Shown: positions 1 through 9,670 of the stretch, one piece after another | Position numbering within the stretch: the first letter of the stretch is position 1 | How the letters are laid out: each line of letters begins with the position of its first letter | Assembly: GCA_047602425.1 (NCBI GenBank) | Contig: JASGHG010000001.1 | Coordinates: 1,728,001 to 1,792,000, forward strand | Direction: 5' to 3' | DNA length: 64,000 bases | DNA from: Nibricoccus sp. | GTDB taxonomy: Bacteria > Verrucomicrobiota > Verrucomicrobiia > Opitutales > Opitutaceae | Notes under the pieces: model-generated | Databases searched by the model: none | What the model was told of the DNA's origin: nothing | Seen by the model: only the letters and a program-made list of their open reading frames with translations | Translations under genes and position numbers: made by a program

Positions 1-2808
1 CGTCTCGTCGTATGTGACTCTGTTTATATCGACGACCTCCAAGTGCAGAACACGCCGGAATTCACCACCGCCAATGCGATCGTCACTATCCGCAATCAAA
101 CCGCCTCCACCCAACAGCGCGACGTGGAACTGCGCGTTTTCGCACGCAATGAACCCGGCAAGCAAGTCTTCCAGACCGTCCTAAAGAAAGTGGATCTCTC
201 CCCAGGAATAACCGTACTCCCGATAAAAATCGCCGCACCGTCTGCCCAATTGTGGGACGTCGACAATCCCAATCTCTACGTTTGTGAAGCTACTCTTCGC
301 ATCAATAGCACCGCCGCCGATTCCGACCGGCGGATCTTCGGTTTTCGCTGGTTTGCGGCGGAGAATATCGGCACCGATGCGATTTTCCGACTAAACGGCA
401 AACGCATCGTGCTGCGCTCCGCCATCAGCTGGGGCTTCTGGCCGGTGAATGGAATTTTCCCGACGGAGCAACTCGCCGAAAAACAAATCCGCGTCGCGAA
501 AGCCTTCGGTTTGAACATGCTGAATTTTCATCGCGCAATCGGAAATCCCATCGTACTCGAAAAGGCTGACGAACTGGGCCTGCTCTACTTCGAAGAGCCC
601 GGTGCTTACAAATCCGTCGGAGACGATCCATTCGGACATCAGCTCGCGCGCGAAAAATTCCTCCGCATGGTCCGTCGCGACCGCAGCCATCCTTCGCTCG
701 TCATTTACAATCTGATCAACGAGTGGAATTCGCGAAATCCCAATCCCGATCCAGTCGAAATCGCCAGGCATCGCGACGATATGCAGGCCGCCCATCAGCT
801 CGATCCAAGCCGCATCGTCGTTCACACTTCGGCTTGGGCGCGAGGCAAGGACATCGATGATCCCGCGAAATTGCATTTCCGTCCGTTCGACAATACGCCC
901 CACTTGAGCGGCTGGTATGACTTTCACCATGCGGGTGGCCCGGCGGTCTGGAACGAAACCATGTACCGCAATCCCACCGATTTTTACGGCCTGACCGACA
1001 ACACTCGCGAAATCGTTTTTTGGGGTGAAGAAGGCGCGCTCTCGACTCCGCCCCGACTCGAATTGATCAACGCCGCCCTCGTCGCGGCGCCCCACCTTGG
1101 CTGGGATGGCGCTGGCTACCGCGACTGGTTCGTCCAGTTTGATACTTTTCTCACCAAGAAAAATCTGCGGACGGCGTTTCCCACCGTGGATGCGCTTACC
1201 TCGTCGATGGGCGACATTTCACTTTATCATCAGGGCCGGAGAATCGAAAACATGCGCATGTCGAACGTCGCCGATGGCTACGCGATCAACGGTTGGGAAG
1301 CCGAGCTCATCGAAAATCATTCCGGCGTGGTCGATTGCTTCCGCAATCCCAAGGGCGATCCCGCCATCCTCGCGCATTACAATCAGCCTCTTTATGTCGC
1401 GGTCAAAATTCGCAATACCATCGTGCAACCGCGCGCCACCGTCATCGCGGATTTTTTTGCCATTAACGAAAAGAATTTGAATGGTCCTCACCGCCTCCTC
1501 GTTTCTCTACGCGATCAACAAGGGCGCGAAGTGGTTAAAACAGAGAAGGACGTTTCGTTGCGCGGCGGTGAGATTTATGGCGAATTGCTCGTCCAGGACA
1601 TCGGACTGACCCTGCCTGAGGGCATCACCGGAATGTGCCGGGTCGAAGCCAGTCTTCTCGATACCAGCGGAATCGAACGCGCCCGGGGTTGGGACAATGT
1701 CCTGGTTGTGGATTGGCGGGGCACGCCGGTCGCCGGCACGGGCGCTATCTGGGAAAATGGCGAGCAAGTGCGTGGTTTTTTGCAGAAGGAAAAAGCGCAA
1801 GATGCCCCGATGTTCGCGCGCGATCTTGGGCATCTCGATTGGATCGTTGCCGCACGCGGCCCTTCCGAAGCAGAACCCGTCGCGATCCCAGCCTCCGACT
1901 GGCGCCAGCCCAATGGCAAACCGGGCGTGCAGGTGACATTTTTCGCCGAGCGCGGTTTCCAACGACCAGTGCACCAGCGTGTCGATCCCACCGTGGCGCT
2001 TGCGGTCAACGACGGTGCTTCGCCCGATCCCGCGTTGCCCGTGATGAATAATTTCGGCGTGCGCTGGGAAGGCACGCTCACGCCGAAGCAGGATGGACGT
2101 TATATTTTCTCCGTGCGTACCAATGGACGCGCCCGGCTCACCGTAAACGACAAAGTCGTCTTCGGCTTTCAAGAGGGACGCCAGCCGCAAAAGAGCAAGG
2201 GAGAGATCGAGCTGCGCGCCGGCGCGTCAGCGACCGTTCGCCTGGAATTCCTGGCGAGAGGTGGTTCGGCTCAAATTGACTTTGGCTGGGCTCCACCCGA
2301 AAAAGACCCGTTGATCGCCTCCGATATACTTGAGCGTGTCCGGCGCGACGGTACTTCACTTGTGGTCCTCGAACGGGCCGATGCTTGGCTAGCGCTTATC
2401 GCCAAGGAGCCAAATTCTCCCGTCAAATACGATGATTCCTTCGCCGTTGGCACTGCGTGGCTCGGAGGAAATCATTTTGCCCGCGAGCATCCTTTGCTAC
2501 GCGACCTGCCGGCCAACTGCGCGATGGACTGGCCTTATCAAAACGTCGTTCGCAATGGCAACGACCGCCTTGGGCTGCTCGTCGAAGGCGAGGAATTTGT
2601 CGCCGGTTGTTATCACTCCTACCCGATGCAACTCGGAACCTCCGTGGGCGTCGTTTCGCTCGGCACGGGACATATCATTTTCTCCACCCTCGACATCACT
2701 TCCAATCTCCGCGCACCTGTCGGCCCGGCCGATGTGGCGCGAAAACTATTCTGCAATTATCTGGAGTACGCAGCAGGACTTTCGCGCAGCCCATTCACCT
2801 CGAAATGA
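1..2808 (+). CDS. Glycoside hydrolase family 2 protein with PA14 domain (5' end outside window)
   Basis: Frame open from base 1; GH2 motifs LWDVDNPNLY, FGFRW, NMLNFH, RDRSHPS, LINE (acid/base), WGEEG; PA14-like NFGVRWEGTL...GRYIF. Confidence 0.85.
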   Translation, partial: RLVVCDSVYIDDLQVQNTPEFTTANAIVTIRNQTASTQQRDVELRVFARNEPGKQVFQTVLKKVDLSPGITVLPIKIAAPSAQLWDVDNPNLYVCEATLRINSTAADSDRRIFGFRWFAAENIGTDAIFRLNGKRIVLRSAISWGFWPVNGIFPTEQLAEKQIRVAKAFGLNMLNFHRAIGNPIVLEKADELGLLYFEEPGAYKSVGDDPFGHQLAREKFLRMVRRDRSHPSLVIYNLINEWNSRNPNPDPVEIARHRDDMQAAHQLDPSRIVVHTSAWARGKDIDDPAKLHFRPFDNTPHLSGWYDFHHAGGPAVWNETMYRNPTDFYGLTDNTREIVFWGEEGALSTPPRLELINAALVAAPHLGWDGAGYRDWFVQFDTFLTKKNLRTAFPTVDALTSSMGDISLYHQGRRIENMRMSNVADGYAINGWEAELIENHSGVVDCFRNPKGDPAILAHYNQPLYVAVKIRNTIVQPRATVIADFFAINEKNLNGPHRLLVSLRDQQGREVVKTEKDVSLRGGEIYGELLVQDIGLTLPEGITGMCRVEASLLDTSGIERARGWDNVLVVDWRGTPVAGTGAIWENGEQVRGFLQKEKAQDAPMFARDLGHLDWIVAARGPSEAEPVAIPASDWRQPNGKPGVQVTFFAERGFQRPVHQRVDPTVALAVNDGASPDPALPVMNNFGVRWEGTLTPKQDGRYIFSVRTNGRARLTVNDKVVFGFQEGRQPQKSKGEIELRAGASATVRLEFLARGGSAQIDFGWAPPEKDPLIASDILERVRRDGTSLVVLERADAWLALIAKEPNSPVKYDDSFAVGTAWLGGNHFAREHPLLRDLPANCAMDWPYQNVVRNGNDRLGLLVEGEEFVAGCYHSYPMQLGTSVGVVSLGTGHIIFSTLDITSNLRAPVGPADVARKLFCNYLEYAAGLSRSPFTSK

Positions 2809-2836
2809 AGCCACGCTGCGCGCAACCTTGGGCAGT

Positions 2837-3349
2837 TCAGCTCAACGTCACCAAACCAGCCGCCAGATACTCAGCCTGCCAGTCATCGACCTGTTTTTTG
2901 AACTTCGGATAATCCGTCCAAAAAGTCTGCTCGCAGCCCGCGAGACGCTTGCACTGGAGGCAACTTTCCAGCCCTCGTTCGATCGTACATTTACGGACCA
3001 AACAGGGCGCCTTGAACATGCTCAGCGGTTTATCGCCCGGTTTGCAGCCATAACAAAACACCTGCGCTTCATCGAACTCGACGCCGAACTTCTCCTTCCA
3101 CTTCCGCTTCTCGAAAACCTCGCGCTTTTTCGCGACGTTGTTCTGCGCCGTCGCCTTGAAGAGCTGGCAACTCATGTCGCACATCGCCCCGCAATAACCG
3201 CGGGCCGAAAGTGGCGGCAATGTCTTTGCTGGCGCGCCAGGCCTGGCTTCTTCGCCCCGCAATGCACCCGCCACGCCGACGCAGCCGCACAATGCGCAAA
3301 ATTGCCCCCCTCGAATGAGAAATTCCCGACGCGAAGACTGGAGTTGCAT
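2837..3349 (-). CDS. Cys-rich DUF3795-like protein with twin-arginine leader
   Basis: ATG at 3349; SRREFL Tat motif; Cys pattern YCGAMCDMSC...CYGCK...CLVRKC...SCLQC...C. Confidence 0.65.
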   Translation of the reverse strand: MQLQSSRREFLIRGGQFCALCGCVGVAGALRGEEARPGAPAKTLPPLSARGYCGAMCDMSCQLFKATAQNNVAKKREVFEKRKWKEKFGVEFDEAQVFCYGCKPGDKPLSMFKAPCLVRKCTIERGLESCLQCKRLAGCEQTFWTDYPKFKKQVDDWQAEYLAAGLVTLS

Positions 3350-3498
3350 ATGAATATTAACACCGACCCCATCCGCACCCCTGCAAAAAATAACGACAGC
3401 CTTTGCCGTATAGCCGAGACGTTGTTTGATTGCGAAAGAACCCGCAAAAGATACTTCATATGGACGAAATCGGATTTCGCCGATTCTCTCGTCCAGCC

Positions 3499-3876
3499 AT
3501 GCCTCGCACGCCAAACTTTGAAGTCACCGTCAACACCGCCGCCAATCAGGTGCGCATCCATCTGAGCGGTGACATCGATGCGTCCTCGATGAAAGCCTGC
3601 GTGGACGAAGTGGCCCGACTCGGCGCGACAGTCTCCCAAGGTTTCAAAGTCCTAACCGATCTCGGTGGCATAAAATCCATGGATGCCAGCTGCGTTCCCG
3701 AAGTGGAGAGATTGATGGACCTCTGCCGTGACCAAGGCGTCGACACGATCGTGCGCGTGATTCCTAAACGATCCAAGGAGATCGGCTTCAATATTCTTTC
3801 GCTATTTCACTATCCGAAAAGCGTCAAAATCGTCACCTGCAACACCCTCGCCGAAGCCGAACGGGCGTTGGGCTGA
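3499..3876 (+). CDS. Small STAS/SpoIIAA-like protein
   Basis: IHLSGDIDA and VLTDLGGIKSMD resemble STAS beta/alpha elements; ATG at 3499. Confidence 0.55.
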   Translation: MPRTPNFEVTVNTAANQVRIHLSGDIDASSMKACVDEVARLGATVSQGFKVLTDLGGIKSMDASCVPEVERLMDLCRDQGVDTIVRVIPKRSKEIGFNILSLFHYPKSVKIVTCNTLAEAERALG

Positions 3877-3887
3877 GCGTTATTGAG

Positions 3888-4289
3888 TCACGAATTGGGA
3901 ACCAACGTGAGCAAGAGTTGATCCACCTCGGGAAGCAAATTGCCGACGTCATAACGCGAAAAACGATCCGCTCCGCCAGCATACAAGTTGAGTAAACTTG
4001 ATCGCTCGGTTGTCGTTCCTTTCGGCGCATGAGCAACCGCATAAGATAAATCACACACAACCTCCAACAACATTAGTCCTGCGGCGATCGCCCAGCGTTT
4101 GCTGCCCTTTAGCCAAGCTGTGTGCGCGACGAACGGCAGAATTGCCATGGCGAGCGCAGTGATCGCAAAAATACGTCCAGGATGGGTGACCGCTACAAAC
4201 AAGAGGAGTACCGAAAGCAGCCCAATACCGATAGCCCATACCAGGCAGATCAGGCGGAGCAGATATGAAGCGGTTGAGTCTTTGTCCAA
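3888..4289 (-). CDS. Hypothetical membrane protein, possibly 3'-truncated
   Basis: Three hydrophobic segments then a short polar tail; TTG start 2 nt after the upstream stop. Confidence 0.45.
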   Translation of the reverse strand: MDKDSTASYLLRLICLVWAIGIGLLSVLLLFVAVTHPGRIFAITALAMAILPFVAHTAWLKGSKRWAIAAGLMLLEVVCDLSYAVAHAPKGTTTERSSLLNLYAGGADRFSRYDVGNLLPEVDQLLLTLVPNS

Positions 4290-4291
4290 TG

Positions 4292-6034
4292 TCAGGGCGC
4301 TGTCTGCACTTTGTTTTGTTTTTCGATCTGTTTCTTTAAATTAGTTTCGGATTTATCGAGGAAGCGGTGGTAGCCTTCGGGATCGACAAATGGGTTAGCG
4401 TTCGGCGTTTTCGCCCGCGCGTCCATCTTGTTGCTGAGTCCAAAATCCCAGCCGTGCGATGACAGGAAAATATCGCAAGGCAGGGCTCGCAGCTTCTCGA
4501 AGCTGGTTCGGTAATCATTTAGGATTGTCGGATATTCGACATTCCCGATCAATTTGTACTCGGGCGCTGTCATGCTCGCGGCAATCACCACGCGATATTC
4601 GCGTTCGTTGACCCGCACCGTCGTCGTCCAAGATGTGGAGCCTTTGGTGTGGCCGGGCGTGAAATGCGCCGTCAGCTCGACTCCGCCCAGCTTCACCACC
4701 TCACCATCGCGCAACTCGCCGTCGGGCAGCTCCGGCGCGAAGGGGTATTTGTCGCCGAAGGCGAAGTCGCCTTTGCCGCCGCGGGCGAGCAGGTCGCGCT
4801 CGGCCGGGTTCACGAGCAGGCGCGCCTTAGTCCTAAATTTCAATTCGGCCATGCCGCCCACATGGTCGTAGTGGGCGTGCGAGATGAGCAGCACGCGGAT
4901 GTCCTCCAGGCGAAAACCGAGTTTTTTCATGTTCGCCTCGATGTGCGTCACCGTCTCGGCAAAACCGCTATCGATGAGAATATGCCCGTCAGGCGTCGCG
5001 ATCAGATACGACGCCACACCCGATGCGCCGACGTAGTATAGGTTTCCCGCAATGCAGAACGGCTCGACCGAGCGGTTCCACGCAGCCACGGCGGGGGTGT
5101 GCCCGTCGGTGCCTCTCATTGCATGGTTCGCGTCGCCAACCCGGTCTTCATCCTTCGCCTCCGCTCCGGATATAGATGTTTTTACTGGTTCGTTTTTAGG
5201 AAGAACAACATCGAGTTCGTACGTCCCGTCGGCTCTGAGCATGAGCGTGGAGCCCTCGCCTGCGAGCCGCCCAACCACATCGTCGCTCTCGGGCGCCTTC
5301 TCAGCCTCGATGATCTCCACAACACGGTTTTCCCGCTCGATCAGCACGAGGTGTTTTTTCGTCCACTCGATCACGGTCACACGGCGGTGCACTCGGATGG
5401 GAACCTGCTTTGTCTTCACCGGCTCGTTCGGGTCCTTTTTCTTTTTGCGCGACTTTACCTCCACGGTCCTGAAGCCTGCGATGCGCTCCGAGTCAAAATA
5501 TGTTCTAACACTAACTTGAAGCGATTTTGGCCCACTACAGCGCACCCCCCAATAATCGCCCTCAAACGCCTCCTCCCGAATCCATGTCTTGTTCGACTTC
5601 ACATCGAGTTCGACCGTGCGCTGTTTCCTCGTGGCAACGTTCTTAAGCTGGAGCTGCACCTTCTCGCCACGCTCGGTGTTGTAGAAATGTTTTTTTAAAT
5701 CTCGTGTCCACAATTCGGTGACGGGCACGCCATCCACCGCGAGAACCTCGTCGCCGAGTTGCACCCCGGCTTTGTGGGCGGGCGATCCAGCCGCCACCAT
5801 CGTGACGTACATATGCTTGGCGGGTGCACCGAGATGAATCAAAGGACTGCCGAAGTACTGGAGAGAAATTCCCCAGTGCGCGAAGGGATTTGTTTTCACC
5901 TCCATCGGATCGAGCTTGTGCGTCTGCTCCGTGACAGGAGTTTGCGCGTCCTTGGCTTTGTCTTTGGCGAAGGCGCCGGAAACAAGATACGGTGCAACGA
6001 CGAGAGCGAAGAGGAGAAGGAGGCGTTGATTCAT
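4292..6034 (-). CDS. Secreted PDZ-domain / subclass B3 metallo-beta-lactamase fusion
   Basis: Signal peptide; PDZ (VAAGSPAHKAGVQLGDEVLAVDG); B3 MBL motifs PFCIAGNLYYVG, HAHYDH, TPGHTKG, FLSSH. Confidence 0.8.
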   Translation of the reverse strand: MNQRLLLLFALVVAPYLVSGAFAKDKAKDAQTPVTEQTHKLDPMEVKTNPFAHWGISLQYFGSPLIHLGAPAKHMYVTMVAAGSPAHKAGVQLGDEVLAVDGVPVTELWTRDLKKHFYNTERGEKVQLQLKNVATRKQRTVELDVKSNKTWIREEAFEGDYWGVRCSGPKSLQVSVRTYFDSERIAGFRTVEVKSRKKKKDPNEPVKTKQVPIRVHRRVTVIEWTKKHLVLIERENRVVEIIEAEKAPESDDVVGRLAGEGSTLMLRADGTYELDVVLPKNEPVKTSISGAEAKDEDRVGDANHAMRGTDGHTPAVAAWNRSVEPFCIAGNLYYVGASGVASYLIATPDGHILIDSGFAETVTHIEANMKKLGFRLEDIRVLLISHAHYDHVGGMAELKFRTKARLLVNPAERDLLARGGKGDFAFGDKYPFAPELPDGELRDGEVVKLGGVELTAHFTPGHTKGSTSWTTTVRVNEREYRVVIAASMTAPEYKLIGNVEYPTILNDYRTSFEKLRALPCDIFLSSHGWDFGLSNKMDARAKTPNANPFVDPEGYHRFLDKSETNLKKQIEKQNKVQTAP

Positions 6035-6123
6035 GGAGGCTCGGTGCGAAATAGATTAAAACCCGTTCAAGTTATTATGCCCAAAAAGTTTCTCTACACC
6101 CACGGTCGCGTGCTCGGTAAAAG

Positions 6124-7386
6124 TCATTTGGCCCGACTGGTATTAAGAGGGAAAACGGTACTCCGGAGGTTGTCACCGCCCGCGCCATCCTTCGGATCGG
6201 TCGAAAACGCCTGACCACGGTTCAACAGGCCGATCCAGGCAGAACGCTGAGCATAGGCGTCGGCCCCTTCTTGCCCGAGTTTCGCCGCTGCTTCGTTTTT
6301 CGCCTGGGTGGCAAGCGCTGTGAGTTGCGCATTGCGCTGGGCCGACGTGAGCGAAGTGTCGGCGTTGATCATTTGCGACTGTTGCGCGTAAGTGTCGCGC
6401 ATGGCATAAACCTGCTCGACCGTCCCGGCCGGCAGACTGAGCCGGCTTTGCAGGGCATTCAACGCAAGTAAATCCGAATCGTTTTTCTTCCGGTAGGCGG
6501 CAAAGGCTTCCTCGCCCAAAATCGCAAGGCTCTCTTCATTGAGTTTTTTCTGGGCCTCGGCTCGACCAGGAATGTTCGCATTCGGACGCTGGCCTGGGTC
6601 GCGCCGCTGGGGATATTGTTCCTCGAAGGCTTTCTGTAGCGCATAGAGCTTCTTAAAGTCGCCCTCATTGCGGAGCAGATCGCCATATTGATTCCTCACG
6701 GCGTTCGCGGCGCTGGAGTTATAGAGTTCGTTAAGCTCGCGTTCCTCAGGGGTGAGCGCCGCAAGGATATCGCGCTCCTTCTCTTTCTGCAGGAGCTCCA
6801 TTTTGGCGCGGTCCGAGGCCAGCGAAATACCCTCCTGCTGCCGGCGGACTTCGGCGGTCATCTCCTCGTAATCGCGTTCGATGCGACGGATCTCGTCGCG
6901 CCTCGCTGGCGATAGGAAACGGTATCGGTTGTTGCCGAAGAAAAAACCGTCTTCTTCGTCACCGAAGGCTTTCATGACGGCATCGCGAAACTCTCGTTCA
7001 AGTTTGTTCAAGGCCGCCTGCTGATCGGCGGTGAAGCCTCCAAAACGGGAGCGCCCACTTTGCCAATATTTCTGTCCGTCGCCCGGCGTCGCAGCACGAA
7101 ATTCGCGCAATTGAGCCACTAGTTTCGTGAACAACCGGCTAAGGACAATCCCCTTGGCCTCGTCTTCGGAAAAACCCACGGCTTGCAACGCAGCCTCGTC
7201 GCCTGAAGCGAACGCGGCGGCAAGATCGGCGGGGATTTTCGAACTGGCCGACGAAACCCGTCGCACGGCGTTTTTGTTGCCGGTATTCGTTGTTTTCGAT
7301 TGAGTGGAAGAACCTGGCTTATAAAACAAGAGCACGGCATTGGCCGCGAGGGAAAGAACGAGCAGAAGCGGGAGGAGTTTTTTCAT
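6124..7386 (-). CDS. Hypothetical exported helical protein
   Basis: MKKLLPLLLVLSLAANAVLL leader at ATG 7386; long charged helical body. Confidence 0.7.
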   Translation of the reverse strand: MKKLLPLLLVLSLAANAVLLFYKPGSSTQSKTTNTGNKNAVRRVSSASSKIPADLAAAFASGDEAALQAVGFSEDEAKGIVLSRLFTKLVAQLREFRAATPGDGQKYWQSGRSRFGGFTADQQAALNKLEREFRDAVMKAFGDEEDGFFFGNNRYRFLSPARRDEIRRIERDYEEMTAEVRRQQEGISLASDRAKMELLQKEKERDILAALTPEERELNELYNSSAANAVRNQYGDLLRNEGDFKKLYALQKAFEEQYPQRRDPGQRPNANIPGRAEAQKKLNEESLAILGEEAFAAYRKKNDSDLLALNALQSRLSLPAGTVEQVYAMRDTYAQQSQMINADTSLTSAQRNAQLTALATQAKNEAAAKLGQEGADAYAQRSAWIGLLNRGQAFSTDPKDGAGGDNLRSTVFPLNTSRAK

Positions 7387-7518
7387 GGATTGCCAATTGA
7401 GATCAAACTGAGCGAATTCGCGCACGTTGTAACCAAGAAAGGACGCAACCAAAGTTTCTCGCAGCATTTATCCCTTTCCAGTGTTATCGTGAGTACAACC
7501 CTGCCTCTAACCCCAGCC

Positions 7519-8421
7519 ATGAAATCCATCCAACTTATTTGTCTTTCCCTCTTCCTCTCCGCGGCCGGCTTGGCTCAAACCGAAAAAATCGCACTTTGGA
7601 ACGGCCCGGCTCCGGGCACCGAAAATCGAGAGAACACCGAACAGGTGAACGCCAATGGCAATGTCTCGCAAGTGTTCCAGCCGGAGCTGACTTATTTTCC
7701 CGCACCGAACCAGTCCTCACCGGCTCCAGCGCTCCTTGTCTGCCCGGGCGGCGGCTATCGCAACGTCGTGATGACAAAGGAAGGCACCCGTATCGCGGAG
7801 TTTTTTCAAAAACGCGGTTTCGCCGTCTTTGTTTTGAAATACCGACTCGCTCCACCCGAAGCGGTGCAGGACGCGCGGCGGGCGATGCGTGTGATTCGTT
7901 CGCGGGCGGAAAAATATAAAATCGATCCAGCCAAGCTCGGGGTCATGGGTTTTTCCGCCGGTGGACATCTCAGCGCCAATCTCGCGCTGAACTTTGCGGC
8001 CACGGACCTCTCCGATGACACGGAGAAAATCTCCGCGCGCCCGGATTTCTGCGCGCCGATTTATGGCGTTCTTGAACCGCTCAACCCCGCCAATTTCGAA
8101 CCAGGTCGATATCCGGCGCTCTACGCGATCAAATCGCTGAAAGACTCAACCGCGAGCGATGTGCCTCCGATGTTCCTTGTCCACGCGGTGGACGACAAGA
8201 CGGTGCCCGTCGAACAGAGCCTGAATTTTTTCGTCACGTTGAAAGCAAAGGGAATTCCCGTCGAATTGCATCTCTACGAAAAAGGCGGCCATGGTTTTGC
8301 GTTGGAGTTTGATCGCAGCTACGCGGCCAGCTGGGGCGAGGCCTTTTTACTCTGGCTGAAGGCGCATGGAGTCGAACCAGCGCCAACAAGCAATCCGCAA
8401 TCCCCAAAGCCGACTCGATAA
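7519..8421 (+). CDS. Secreted alpha/beta hydrolase (acetyl-xylan esterase-like)
   Basis: Signal peptide; CPGGGY oxyanion loop, GFSAGG nucleophile, DDKTV, GGHGF. Confidence 0.85.
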   Translation: MKSIQLICLSLFLSAAGLAQTEKIALWNGPAPGTENRENTEQVNANGNVSQVFQPELTYFPAPNQSSPAPALLVCPGGGYRNVVMTKEGTRIAEFFQKRGFAVFVLKYRLAPPEAVQDARRAMRVIRSRAEKYKIDPAKLGVMGFSAGGHLSANLALNFAATDLSDDTEKISARPDFCAPIYGVLEPLNPANFEPGRYPALYAIKSLKDSTASDVPPMFLVHAVDDKTVPVEQSLNFFVTLKAKGIPVELHLYEKGGHGFALEFDRSYAASWGEAFLLWLKAHGVEPAPTSNPQSPKPTR

Positions 8422-8433
8422 CAGGATAAACGG

Positions 8434-9462
8434 TCAACCGCACGCCGCGAACAGCCGGTCCATCAGCTCCATATTGCGAAGCGTTTCAGTGAGGCTGAAA
8501 AACGGCTGGCGGTTGTTCAGGATCGCGTCGGCAAAATCCTCGACTTCGAGGCGGTAACGATCGCTGTTGGCCACGGGTATGGTTTGCACGATCTTGTTGT
8601 CGACGGTGATCGTGAGGTCACAGGCTTCTTCTAGGAATGTGTTCGGCACCTGCAACACCCCTTTCGTGCCGACAATCTGCGACTCGATTTGTTTTTGGGC
8701 GTTGAAACCGGAGTGGATGGAGGCGATGAGGCCCGTCGGGTATTTGAGGAGCGCCGAGAAGAGCAAATCCACGCCGCCTTCTTTTACGCATTGCACGGAA
8801 ATCGAGTCGGGCATCGGCCCGGGGACGGCGGCGGGAACGGGTTTACCTGTAGCAGCAGCTTGGATACGCGCGAGTTCGTCGACCACCAGGCCGGTAAAAT
8901 TAAGCGGGTAACAGCCCACGTCGTAAAGCGAACCGCCGCCGAGTTCGGGCTGGTACTTGATGCAGCCGGGGCGATTCAGCAAAAAGCGAAAGACGGAATG
9001 GATGAATTTGATTTCGCCCAGCACGCCGCTGCGCAGGACTTCGAGAACTTTGCGCGTGCAGTCTGTGTAGCGGTACATGAAGGCCTCCATGAAAACCACG
9101 CCGTTTTCACGGCAGGCATGGATCATTTCACGGCATTCCGCGGCATTGAGGCCGATGGGTTTTTCGCAGAGTACGTGCTTCTTGTGCTGAGCCGCCTTGA
9201 TCGTCCACGCGCGGTGCATCGAGTTCGGCAGCGGAATGTAGACGGCGTCGATCTCCGGATCGGCCAGCAGCGCCTCGTACGAGGCGTGGGTTTTAGGGCA
9301 GTTGAACTTGTTGCGGCATTCGGCAAGCTTGGCCGTGTCGCGCGAGGCGATCGCGTGAAAAACAGAGTTGTTGGAACGTTGGATCGCAGGGATCACTGCG
9401 TCGCGGGCGATGCGTGCATAGCCGAGCACGCCCCAGCGGATTTTCTTATTGGAAGTGGTCAT
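8434..9462 (-). CDS. Gfo/Idh/MocA family oxidoreductase
   Basis: IRWGVLGYARIA Rossmann fold, IDAVYIPLPN, HVLCEKP, GGGSLYDVGCY. Confidence 0.92.
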   Translation of the reverse strand: MTTSNKKIRWGVLGYARIARDAVIPAIQRSNNSVFHAIASRDTAKLAECRNKFNCPKTHASYEALLADPEIDAVYIPLPNSMHRAWTIKAAQHKKHVLCEKPIGLNAAECREMIHACRENGVVFMEAFMYRYTDCTRKVLEVLRSGVLGEIKFIHSVFRFLLNRPGCIKYQPELGGGSLYDVGCYPLNFTGLVVDELARIQAAATGKPVPAAVPGPMPDSISVQCVKEGGVDLLFSALLKYPTGLIASIHSGFNAQKQIESQIVGTKGVLQVPNTFLEEACDLTITVDNKIVQTIPVANSDRYRLEVEDFADAILNNRQPFFSLTETLRNMELMDRLFAACG

Positions 9463-9670
9463 GGGAAAGCGGCTGCAACAAAGCCGAAAAACCACGGCGG
9501 TACAACCAGCGTTTTTCCCCCCGAATACTTCTCCCCATTTTTAGGGACTGCCACGAGGGAAGAAGGACTGTCAGGTAATCCCCGTGGTTGCGGACCGTGT
9601 CTAAAACCGCCAAAAAGCAACTCCCGCGCAGAATTTTCGGCGGCACCCCTTCCACCCCGTTTCCATTCCC

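Noticed and set aside
2432..3565. 377-aa plus-strand ORF
   Set aside because: Overlaps three better-supported genes and has no recognisable motif.
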